A stretch of 64,000 bases of DNA from a virus. Numbering within the stretch: position 1 is the stretch's first letter; every line of letters begins with the position of its first letter. Positions 10,401 to 17,495 of this stretch are shown here, piece after piece. Location of the stretch: the IMG/VR virus record IMGVR_UViG_3300045988_174992, one strand, 5' to 3'. A program made the position numbers and the translations under genes. The notes below the pieces were generated by a model. The model was not told the origin of the DNA, did no database searches, and saw only the letters and a program-made list of their open reading frames with translations.

Positions 10401-11428
10401 TGAGTTGTACTCATAATGATTACTGGTATAGCTTTACTATTGCTCCAACATCTTTGAATATATCTAATACAAACAGAACTTGGCAAGTAAGCTTTACCCA
10501 AGCAATTTCAGGCAAGAATATTTCATTAACATTTGTACAACATTGCTATCAATTCTCTTTAGATAAGACTTCTATAAACATTACTCCAAATGTTGAAGTT
10601 GAAATAAATGTAACATCTACAAAGAGTGGAAACTTCTTTGGTTTCACTTGGGATGCATTACCGAATTGGTTGATGGTATATAGAACATCTGATACTAAGC
10701 TTACATTCAAATGTATTGAGATAAATGATTCTACAAAAACAAGATCGTGTACAATAAGATTTACCCAATATGAATCTGGTATATCTACAACTCTTACAAT
10801 ATCTGAAGAATCTTGGAGAAATCCAGAACTTGATGAAAGTACAGTAAATTTATATTATAAAGGAGCAAAATCAGTAAAGGAGTTGTATTCTGATCAAGCA
10901 GGTATTGGATTACCAATAACAATAAGGCAAAGTGATGGTACTCTTAATTCAACAAAGATAAAAATAACTTCAAGAAACATATCTGATTCTAGATATACTA
11001 TAGATATTGTATCTTTAGTAGATTTAGAAGGAACTATTCCATTATTTGGAAGATATTCATTATCTAACAAAAACCAATATCTTGGAGAAATCTATTGCAT
11101 TATGCATGCTTATCAATTCAGTTGTTCTTCTGACAATACTTCTGAAATAGTTTGGACTTTAAGTCCTAAAGCAAATGAACTATGGTCTATGTATTATGTT
11201 ACATCAATAATTGATGGTGAATTTGCAGATTATGAAATTTCTGAAGCCAATGGTAATTTTACTTGCTATCATAGTGGAGTTAACATTACTATACTTCCAA
11301 AATTCACTAACTACAGTAATGAAAGAAAAAATTGGTCCTTGAAATTAAAACAAAATAAGACTAAGAAAGAAATATTTGTCAAAGTACAACAATTAGGTGC
11401 TAATGAATATGAAGAGGTGTATATATAA
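7469..11428 (+). CDS. large virion-associated protein with repeated BACON/Ig-like modules
   Basis: 1319 aa from ATG 7469 (the track start 7424 is a TTG). At least six modules end in ..R/K.x.I.F.Q-type strands, e.g. TRSCTIRFTQYESGISTTLTISE, WQVSFTQAISGKNISLTFVQ, INVTCVSDTKSVELTQ. Confidence 0.5.
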   Translation: MAIYVKKTGNQDIGAIKLVDSKTDKLKDINAVFWKNMMIWPRDSKYLFWSSNNKNHDFISIDSAFDRNGIHVSAASHVVTIYVRSCVKYWHGRYPFKVVPYQNWVTAPNIVYPIGWNIKTATKHEYDALFDLNISGNVSTSSSRTTYVSLWQIDSKDEHIDTSASKYSGKQIVIKIVQDKDEEDPNAQPSYANAIITWYKDETFSDEVKEYGTESNPYVDVNGKSISLYCNITGTVKMMSGNTARCFYGDHYGDVITINELNIDKNAMSLESSEYLGDGNWRINLKMKSNVPTSANYTNVIRDLTLSSSRVDYTGDIVTMTWKVFNEANTLTRYSNVGFLLGRTYTSTTKVWQQGGYASNQVTNVTCSTWVSKEVAKWISISNPQINSATSSYYAKVTVNPQTTTEKMYIENISTSYDDDIIPATDTLFQIMFMIFKNTGYYAGRKGIINVTCVSDTKSVELTQTEHSGTSFNKITDRDIDKKKISIAGIVPNSYYSNMITSITNLRYDYNYLMWLADVSVTRNPKKVLNHELSVNSYPKAVSSKSQYLEITWSIITGEVNSSPRYGKIKFSIPDYHCEDYYDVTQNGSTDAQGAKFDKDYLNNSKLYNISDNIVSSSTTSDPNTNPNSPGIIKLTDNFYTGTIKINENTKHNNTVAYIKPTEITDWSVSDFDNYNNAAFYIRIKGKNVYIGIDRNVKIKLEITGIGSKEDTILQEKAPSVDSNTLANVTDLDVSSIKISGEATTNKLPYLITNEMYCVPIILNKNAVPTRYDYAVVVGSKEYPGSFDYGDYGDINLTPEDSTEYSIPNYDNMYTAVTSWWRRQGEEKTRTVILSVDGITQSITNTWTGIKYQGDQTYRSNLSEDYSLTLSDYNQQWISLNQNNLISSSNSTSSTRRIGLTDTLYLDDLKQKNLKLSLKQEPRGTSTNFLFSSSLEYGTIKYLNATDSASFMIYSLDDDLMKPLDISWTPTEFNNMILSCTHNDYWYSFTIAPTSLNISNTNRTWQVSFTQAISGKNISLTFVQHCYQFSLDKTSINITPNVEVEINVTSTKSGNFFGFTWDALPNWLMVYRTSDTKLTFKCIEINDSTKTRSCTIRFTQYESGISTTLTISEESWRNPELDESTVNLYYKGAKSVKELYSDQAGIGLPITIRQSDGTLNSTKIKITSRNISDSRYTIDIVSLVDLEGTIPLFGRYSLSNKNQYLGEIYCIMHAYQFSCSSDNTSEIVWTLSPKANELWSMYYVTSIIDGEFADYEISEANGNFTCYHSGVNITILPKFTNYSNERKNWSLKLKQNKTKKEIFVKVQQLGANEYEEVYI

Positions 11429-11436
11429 ATAAGAAA

Positions 11437-11480
11437 GTCCCTAGGAAAGCGCCTGGGACGTTCAGGAAGCGGAAAATGGT
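11437..11480 (+). repeat. GC-rich 3'-end element, copy E1
   Basis: GTCCCTAGGAAAGCGCCTGGGACGTTCAGGAAGCGGAAAATGGT aligns with the reverse-strand copies at 47346-47392 and 56045-56087. Confidence 0.6.
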
Positions 11481-11512
11481 CGAGAGATATAATTTATCAG
11501 CTCGACCATTTT
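11473..11512. terminator. bidirectional intrinsic terminator
   Basis: Perfect 12-bp stem aaaatggtcgag/ctcgaccatttt with A/T runs on both sides, between convergent genes. Confidence 0.7.
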
Positions 11513-11537
11513 TAATTGTTCCTGGTGATGTTTTTAT

Positions 11538-12005
11538 TTAAATTATTTCTATAGTGATATTTTCACCTCTACTTTTGCTTGCAATCTTCATCTTATTGTA
11601 AAGGTCTTTAAAGTAATTAGTAGAATTGCTTACCCATCCTACTTTATCATTTTTTCCTGGAATGATACAACCTTCTGTATCCGATGCAGAATTGCCTGGA
11701 TGTATCAATACACCATCATAACCAGGTACATTCAGTAATCTAGGCATATATGCTTGACAGAACTGCATCATTGTCTTAGATTTCTTATACTTAGGACTTT
11801 GTACATTCAATACAATTTCATAAGTACCAGTAGGAATTGCAGTGATTCCAGGTTTTTTCATGAACAGGATCTTTTCTTTAGTCATATTTTGATTAAGACC
11901 TCTGTCTTTATCTTCTATTGTATTAGAAAAGAATACACCATCCACATAAAGCTGTCCAATAGTATATCCTTCTTTCTTCCATTTTCTTACTAGTTTGAGT
12001 TTCAT
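11538..12005 (-). CDS. DUF5675/YkuD-like (L,D-transpeptidase-fold) cell-wall enzyme candidate
   Basis: YDGVLIHPGNSASDTEGCIIPGKN matches the H..G....S/T.GC active-site pattern of the YkuD fold. Confidence 0.5.
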   Translation of the reverse strand: MKLKLVRKWKKEGYTIGQLYVDGVFFSNTIEDKDRGLNQNMTKEKILFMKKPGITAIPTGTYEIVLNVQSPKYKKSKTMMQFCQAYMPRLLNVPGYDGVLIHPGNSASDTEGCIIPGKNDKVGWVSNSTNYFKDLYNKMKIASKSRGENITIEII

Positions 12006-12008
12006 TTA

Positions 12009-12422
12009 TTATATGAATTTTATTGTTTTTCTTACTTTGTTAGTACGTATATAATCCCACCAAGCTGATTTTACATAATATAAATCATCTTGCTTCATAT
12101 ATGCTTCATATTCAAATGGGATTGTCTTATAAGCCTGTTTCCATGACATGAAGAATGGCCAAGCCTTCAAGAATTGACAGATATATATTAAGTAAAACCA
12201 AAACCATTTCATGAAACTAAATGTATTTGCTTGATAGATATGTATTGCTTCATGATGTGCCCAAATCTTACCTCTGTTAGTTTGTAAGTATCTCCAAACT
12301 ACATCTGCACTCTTTCTTGTATATACTATACCGAATAATGCGATAGCAGAATAACCTTTAGGTGGCAATATCTTACACTCACAAACAAATTTCAAATCCT
12401 GAAATTCTATCTTTCTACTCAT
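12009..12422 (-). CDS. HExxH-motif protein with hydrophobic segment
   Basis: WAHHEAIHIYQ followed by FMKWFWFYLIYICQFL. Confidence 0.35.
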   Translation of the reverse strand: MSRKIEFQDLKFVCECKILPPKGYSAIALFGIVYTRKSADVVWRYLQTNRGKIWAHHEAIHIYQANTFSFMKWFWFYLIYICQFLKAWPFFMSWKQAYKTIPFEYEAYMKQDDLYYVKSAWWDYIRTNKVRKTIKFI

Positions 12423-12425
12423 ATA

Positions 12426-12866
12426 TTAAACATCTAGATATTTTTCATATTGCTTTCTGAATATGTTAGTTAAATTGAATTCATCTGTATTAGGTAAGCT
12501 TTTTACAAAATATGGATAGAATCTGATATCAACGTCAAATGGCTTTACATATTCATCAAAATCTAATTCCCAAAATAAGAAATTAATCAATGGACATAAG
12601 TCAATATCCTCATTTTTAAATGAAAACAAATCACAAGCACCAAAATCATCTGACTTACCACAAAGTGATAGCTTCCAAGTTGCATTAGATTGGCTTTCTA
12701 TTTTCAATATTCCACCACCAATAGGTAATGGTTCACCCTTCTTACGAAGATCTTTATGGTTCAAAACATAACCTGCTCTTATTTCTAACTTACCATTATT
12801 ATAAATAGCAATCCATTTAATTGTCTTATCTGAATTCATTTTTTTTCTCCACCAACTTTTATCCAT
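12426..12866 (-). CDS. hypothetical protein
   Basis: 146-aa ORF, 3 nt from the next gene. Confidence 0.55.
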   Translation of the reverse strand: MDKSWWRKKMNSDKTIKWIAIYNNGKLEIRAGYVLNHKDLRKKGEPLPIGGGILKIESQSNATWKLSLCGKSDDFGACDLFSFKNEDIDLCPLINFLFWELDFDEYVKPFDVDIRFYPYFVKSLPNTDEFNLTNIFRKQYEKYLDV

Positions 12867-12887
12867 ATTTATAGTATTTATAAGTAT

Positions 12888-13208
12888 TTAGTACATATCA
12901 TTTTCACTAAATCCATTGATATGAATCTCTTTCTTATCATGATCTATAACCATATCTAGTGCACAAGCCCAATTAAAACAAAGTTGAAGTTCATCATCAA
13001 ATGTTCCTAGGAAAAATCCACCAGGACATAAAATACTACGCTGTCCTTCTCGTTTGATTTCACGTTCACCAGCTCCACGATAGGCAAATCCAGATCTCCA
13101 AAAAACCCGATAATTAGAATATGTAGCTATTGCTTTCTTACAGTTCTTACTTTTTGTCAAACCTGTCTTTACAATATTCTGTTTCATAACTTCTGTTCTT
13201 AATATCAC
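12888..13208 (-). CDS. hypothetical protein
   Basis: 106-aa ORF. Confidence 0.5.
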   Translation of the reverse strand: MILRTEVMKQNIVKTGLTKSKNCKKAIATYSNYRVFWRSGFAYRGAGEREIKREGQRSILCPGGFFLGTFDDELQLCFNWACALDMVIDHDKKEIHINGFSENDMY

Positions 13209-13254
13209 TTCAGTGATGTTATTAATCTATTGATTTTAATGTTTATTCAAATAA

Positions 13255-13521
13255 TTAATCATTAATAAATCTCTTTCTTGCAGCTTCCTTAAACCATTTC
13301 TTATGTCCATATTCATCAACATAAGTAGTGTACCAAATCCAAGGATCTTTCTGCATTCTTCGTTTTGCTAAAGTCTGTTCAGTACAGTAGAAAGTTTTAT
13401 TTGTACCAGCATCATAATGTCTGAAATGGTCATCAATAATTGAAACAACTACAGCAATGAATGTGAAAACGATCCAAACAATCAAAATAATAGCTATAAC
13501 ATTTACAATATTCATAATCAT
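13255..13521 (-). CDS. small single-pass membrane protein (holin-like candidate)
   Basis: Start taken at ATG 13521 (MIMNIVNVIAIILIVWIVFTFIAVVVSII...). The track start 13551 is a TTG lying inside the promoter motif. Confidence 0.45.
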   Translation of the reverse strand: MIMNIVNVIAIILIVWIVFTFIAVVVSIIDDHFRHYDAGTNKTFYCTEQTLAKRRMQKDPWIWYTTYVDEYGHKKWFKEAARKRFIND

Positions 13522-13537
13522 TAATATTTTAACAATC

Positions 13538-13568
13538 AAAATATAGAACAACCTTTATAAATTTCAAA
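13538..13568 (-). promoter_or_regulatory. -33/-7 promoter-like motif
   Basis: Plus strand reads aaaatatagaacaacctttataaatttcaaag. Its rc gives TTTGAAAT..GTTCTATATTTT upstream of 13521. Confidence 0.5.
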
Positions 13569-13584
13569 GAAATTTTATAATATT

Positions 13585-13989
13585 TCATAAAACCAATGTC
13601 TCTATTCTCTTATCTTGACCTTTCTTTAATTCCATGGACCAGATGGATTTCTCAATCATAGGAATCCCATACTTCCCCATTATCTGTTTTCTGAATATCC
13701 CATCAAGTTCAATTGATGTGTATCTATCAAAGTAGATTCTGTTTCCTTTTGTTAGATCTCTCTGATTATAAGGAACTACTTTATCAATGAACTTCTTTAC
13801 AGGCAAATTAACGTTGAAATGTGCAACATGATTATATTCAACACACTTAGTGATGTAGTTATCTTCTTCATAAGTGTCATTCTCATCACCATCATATTCA
13901 TCACCATCAGTCTCACTAGTTATCCTTTCATAAGTTGACCATTTGATTGTGACGTATGTATACTTATCTATATCTGTTAATTTATCCAT
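13585..13989 (-). CDS. hypothetical acidic protein
   Basis: 134-aa ORF with promoter-like motif at 14019-14049. Confidence 0.55.
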   Translation of the reverse strand: MDKLTDIDKYTYVTIKWSTYERITSETDGDEYDGDENDTYEEDNYITKCVEYNHVAHFNVNLPVKKFIDKVVPYNQRDLTKGNRIYFDRYTSIELDGIFRKQIMGKYGIPMIEKSIWSMELKKGQDKRIETLVL

Positions 13990-14018
13990 AATGATTCATT
14001 ATATTTTAATTTTATTAA

Positions 14019-14049
14019 GATATAGAACTATCTTGATAATTTTCAAAAG
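14019..14049 (-). promoter_or_regulatory. -33/-7 promoter-like motif
   Basis: gatatagaactatcttgataattttcaaaag. Confidence 0.45.
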
Positions 14050-14771
14050 GAAATCAAATTATATTGCAATCCTATTCCAATTCCATAAACAAATCCTTTA
14101 TTGCTATATCCTCCAAATACAGATGGACCTATTCCAAATTTCTTTTCTTTCTTTTGCTTAGGTATTGTTAGACCTGTTATTGAATTGAACTTTACATAAG
14201 GGTTGTCTGAAGTCATATATACAACATTATCTTTGACAACTAATGCATACTTGAACTGCATTATGTCTTTCTCTATATATAATCCTAAAGTATCATTAGT
14301 ATAACTTACATTACCTGTAAGATCTCTGTACTGGTTAGAAAAATCAAACTTTCTATATATATTCTTAGAAGTTATTTCAGTAACAGTGGGTACCCATACT
14401 GTATCATGCTTACCATTGTCTATTGAAGTTGATCCACCAATTACTATATCTGGTTTCTTTACTTGCATACTTTGTATCATTCTATATAGAGAATCATTGA
14501 TGATCTGCAAGTTCTTGTAATCAGTTTCTATCATTGTCTTCTTTGCTACTTCATTACCATACTTACCTTTATAATACTTTACAGAATCAGTAAGTGCTAT
14601 AATATTCTTATCATTTATATTTTTGTAATAAGTGCATTTATTGATTGACAAGGTTATAAATACGAAAAATGCAACCACTGAGAAAACTTCTATCAATATT
14701 CTCTTGTGATTGCGTACGAAAGTTAGGACCATTTGTCCCAACTTTTTACTCCATAAGCTTATTGCATTCAT
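14043..14771 (-). CDS. membrane-anchored protein with OMP-like C-terminal strand (spanin-like candidate)
   Basis: N-terminal TM segment ILIEVFSVVAFFVFITLSI. C-terminus reads ...GFVYGIGIGLQYNLISF with a terminal Phe. Overlaps the upstream hydrolase gene by 26 nt. Confidence 0.4.
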   Translation of the reverse strand: MNAISLWSKKLGQMVLTFVRNHKRILIEVFSVVAFFVFITLSINKCTYYKNINDKNIIALTDSVKYYKGKYGNEVAKKTMIETDYKNLQIINDSLYRMIQSMQVKKPDIVIGGSTSIDNGKHDTVWVPTVTEITSKNIYRKFDFSNQYRDLTGNVSYTNDTLGLYIEKDIMQFKYALVVKDNVVYMTSDNPYVKFNSITGLTIPKQKKEKKFGIGPSVFGGYSNKGFVYGIGIGLQYNLISF

Positions 14772-15363
14772 TTTGCAATTTGAATATTTTTGTTTTTTTC
14801 TTTATACACTCATAAGTTCTTTTCAATTCTCTTTCATAATTCTTATTAGATGAGTAACGATGACCATTCAAGTTAACGAAATTATTCATCAAGTGGTGAA
14901 CTGTTTTCTTCTTTCCTAGGTATTTTGTTTTCAATAAATCAATATAAGCGGTAGTAGAATGATTTCGATGCTTATAAGTCTTATATACACCATACATGCT
15001 TTTTCTTGATTTACCAATACCTGTTGTTCCAAAACAAGTTTCGTTCTGTGCTTGTGCTAATGCAAAGCAAATGTCAATGTCATTGTCAAGGCACTCCTTT
15101 ACAATGTGGCTACTAATGTCTTTGTCAAATTTTCTTGTAGTATTCTTTCTAATGTACTCTTCAACTTCACTTATCAATACAACTTTACAATTTTCAAGGG
15201 CAATTTTCTTGTTCATGAAAACAGCTTGCGCTGAATCCACTTTTTCGACATGCTCAATTTTGGTACCAGTCACATGCTTTGCCATTGCATGCTCTTCAGC
15301 ACCAAAAGGAGTAGAAACCACTAAAAACAATGACATTAATGTTAAAAGGATTTTCTTTTTCAT
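14746..15363 (-). CDS. secreted glucosaminidase-like peptidoglycan hydrolase (endolysin candidate)
   Basis: Signal peptide MKKKILLTLMSLFLVVSTPFGA. ALAQAQNETCFGTTGIGKSRKSMYGV and RYSSNKNYERELK resemble AQA.lESG.G...nN.FGi / YAtDp.Y of the FlgJ-type glucosaminidase domain. Confidence 0.45.
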   Translation of the reverse strand: MKKKILLTLMSLFLVVSTPFGAEEHAMAKHVTGTKIEHVEKVDSAQAVFMNKKIALENCKVVLISEVEEYIRKNTTRKFDKDISSHIVKECLDNDIDICFALAQAQNETCFGTTGIGKSRKSMYGVYKTYKHRNHSTTAYIDLLKTKYLGKKKTVHHLMNNFVNLNGHRYSSNKNYERELKRTYECIKKKTKIFKLQNECNKLME

Positions 15364-15427
15364 TAATGTTATACGTATTTTAGATATATTTCCGAATACC
15401 GAAAATTGGTATTCATATTAAAAATAG

Positions 15428-15461
15428 AAAGCACCATGAAATATTTCATTCATAGTGCTTT
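15428..15461 (-). terminator. intrinsic terminator after 15484-15795
   Basis: Stem aaagcac/gtgcttt enclosing the palindrome atgaaatatttcat. A T-run follows on the reverse strand. Confidence 0.55.
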
Positions 15462-15483
15462 ATGTATTTTCATTAATTAATAC

Positions 15484-15795
15484 TTACTTATCAAGACTGA
15501 TTCCATCATACATAAATCTATGGCATGGACCCATTTCCTTTTCATAATAAAGGTAATTTTTAAACGCCTTAGTAAAGCATGAAAAGAAATATCTTGTTTC
15601 ATTAAAAAGTTCTGGTCTAGCAAGAAGATAGTGAAGATTTCTTCCATTTACTCCAGCAAGTCTTTCACAAAGTTCCATAACACTATTAGCTCTTACAGAA
15701 ACTTTAACAATCTCTTTTCTGTTAGTAATTTTGTTAAAAACGTGAATGTTAACTTTGATGATATTGTTTGTATTTGTATTCATAATCATAATCAT
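15484..15795 (-). CDS. hypothetical protein
   Basis: 103-aa ORF behind the duplicated promoter cassette. Confidence 0.55.
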   Translation of the reverse strand: MIMIMNTNTNNIIKVNIHVFNKITNRKEIVKVSVRANSVMELCERLAGVNGRNLHYLLARPELFNETRYFFSCFTKAFKNYLYYEKEMGPCHRFMYDGISLDK

Positions 15796-15862
15796 TTTAA
15801 ATTATTAATATTTTATTGACATGTATAATATAGAAACAATCTAAAAAATTTCAAATAAAATT
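15771..15862 (-). repeat. duplicated promoter/5'UTR/start-codon cassette, copy 1
   Basis: About 92 nt, more than 90% identical to 16236-16331. Contains TTGACATGTATAATATAGAAACAA.CTAAAAAATTTCAAATAAAAT. Confidence 0.8.
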
Positions 15863-15864
15863 GA

Positions 15865-16260
15865 TTAAAGTGAACAAAATAAATCAATATTAAATGATTC
15901 AACTTTCTTAGATCTTGTAAAGAGAACTTCAAACATTGTATATTCTGTAGGGCGATCTTCAAACATAATGTAATCTGCAACATATACATAGTTCTTCTTT
16001 CCTTTTGGCATGATTTCTACCTTTTCTACTTTGTTATCAATAAATGGATGAAGAACCTTAACGCGAACTGAAGCACCAGTAGGAATATGTTTAAATACAG
16101 CAACTTCATTTTGATAAGTATCAAGCTTAAACTCATTTACTTTGATTGAAGTTGTATAAAATGTATTGTCAATATCAAAGTGTTTCTTGATATAAGACTT
16201 ACCATTAGAAACTGCTTTAACCAACTCGCTGAAAGAAATATTTGTTGTATTCATAATCAT
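15865..16260 (-). CDS. hypothetical protein
   Basis: 131-aa ORF behind copy 2 of the cassette. Confidence 0.55.
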   Translation of the reverse strand: MIMNTTNISFSELVKAVSNGKSYIKKHFDIDNTFYTTSIKVNEFKLDTYQNEVAVFKHIPTGASVRVKVLHPFIDNKVEKVEIMPKGKKNYVYVADYIMFEDRPTEYTMFEVLFTRSKKVESFNIDLFCSL

Positions 16261-16331
16261 AATAATTTTAAATGTTATTTATTTATTTGACATGTATAAT
16301 ATAGAAACAAACTAAAAAATTTCAAATAAAA
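16236..16331 (-). repeat. duplicated promoter/5'UTR/start-codon cassette, copy 2
   Basis: See 15771-15862. Confidence 0.8.
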
Positions 16332-16367
16332 TGTGAATTTTTAATAATAAAGTTACTATTTTATATT

Positions 16368-16820
16368 ATGGTTAGATCAGATAACTTCATAAAAAATGTA
16401 AAACCAAGAAAGAACAGTTACTACCATCAAACAATAGTAGATCCCAAGAAATTCAAAAAATGCAAAGAAAAAGAACCAGTAATTGCAAGATCTGGATTGG
16501 AAATGAAATTTATTCAGTATGTAGAAAATCAATCTAGCATTACTGGATGGGTATCTGAATCTTTAGCTATACCATATTATAGCAGATTGAAGAAAGGTAT
16601 GGCAAACTATTATCCGGATTTTATTATAGAGAATGCTGATGGACACCAGACAATAGTAGAAGTAAAACCTTATGCTCAAACTAAGAAACCAAGACCACAA
16701 GATTCTGTTTGGTTGAAAGAACAATGGATAAAGAATTGTGACAAATGGAAAGCTTGCATGAACTTTGCTAAAGAACATAACATGAAATTTATATTGGTAA
16801 CAGAACGTTTCTTCCAGTAA
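16368..16820 (+). CDS. PD-(D/E)xK nuclease-fold protein (TnsA-N / phage head-completion-nuclease-like)
   Basis: SGLEMKFIQYVE..YYPDFIIENADGHQTIVEVKPYAQTKKP carries a D...E-x-K core. Confidence 0.45.
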   Translation: MVRSDNFIKNVKPRKNSYYHQTIVDPKKFKKCKEKEPVIARSGLEMKFIQYVENQSSITGWVSESLAIPYYSRLKKGMANYYPDFIIENADGHQTIVEVKPYAQTKKPRPQDSVWLKEQWIKNCDKWKACMNFAKEHNMKFILVTERFFQ

Positions 16821-16838
16821 ATTTATTTTATAATTTAA

Positions 16839-17477
16839 ATGCCTACTCAGAATCAACGATTACAACAAATAGATACTTACATTTACCAACCAGAAGAAAT
16901 TAAGAATTTTAGGTTGGATGAAGCTGTAAATGAACACCCATTAAAACGAAGACCTATCAATTTACGTTCTCGTCTTGCTTATAGAGAAATTCTCATAAAT
17001 ACTAAAGCCACTACTAAATACATTCTTCCTGGTCAAATAGTAGTATTCAATTATGCCACACCTAAAACAGCAGAAGATTTGGAGTATTATGACAAAACTC
17101 CTATGACTGTATTTTTTGGTTTGACAAGAGACAAAAAGAACAATATTCGTGAGATTGGTGTAAATATTCATTACTTTCCACCATTTGCAAGAACTCGTGT
17201 TATGAATACTATTTATGAAATATTCAAACAGTATTACCAATTGCAGTTCAATGATCCAGTACATAAAGTTAACAGATACATCAATTGGCCGGTACTTAAG
17301 AGATTATGTAAGAAGTATAAGATAGGATTCGCTGTGAGGATGTATATACCTATGTTGAGAAGTCAAACACATATCATACCAACTAGATTATTACCAACAG
17401 CTATATATACAGAAGGTCATTTTGCAAAAGATGTATTGACAAACATAATGACTTATTGGAGACATTTTAAACCATAA
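16839..17477 (+). CDS. hypothetical protein
   Basis: 212-aa ORF. Confidence 0.55.
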   Translation: MPTQNQRLQQIDTYIYQPEEIKNFRLDEAVNEHPLKRRPINLRSRLAYREILINTKATTKYILPGQIVVFNYATPKTAEDLEYYDKTPMTVFFGLTRDKKNNIREIGVNIHYFPPFARTRVMNTIYEIFKQYYQLQFNDPVHKVNRYINWPVLKRLCKKYKIGFAVRMYIPMLRSQTHIIPTRLLPTAIYTEGHFAKDVLTNIMTYWRHFKP

Positions 17478-17495
17478 AATTAACAATATTCAAAA

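Noticed and set aside
11445-11492. GC-rich elements E1-E3 as a conserved coding micro-exon or peptide tag (..SAWDVQEA.. / ..SAWVTQGA / ..GGWDAQGA..)
   Set aside because: E1 and E2 are out of frame with the preceding genes and are bounded by upstream in-frame stops with no ATG. Only E3 is translated, so the conservation is at the nucleotide or RNA level.
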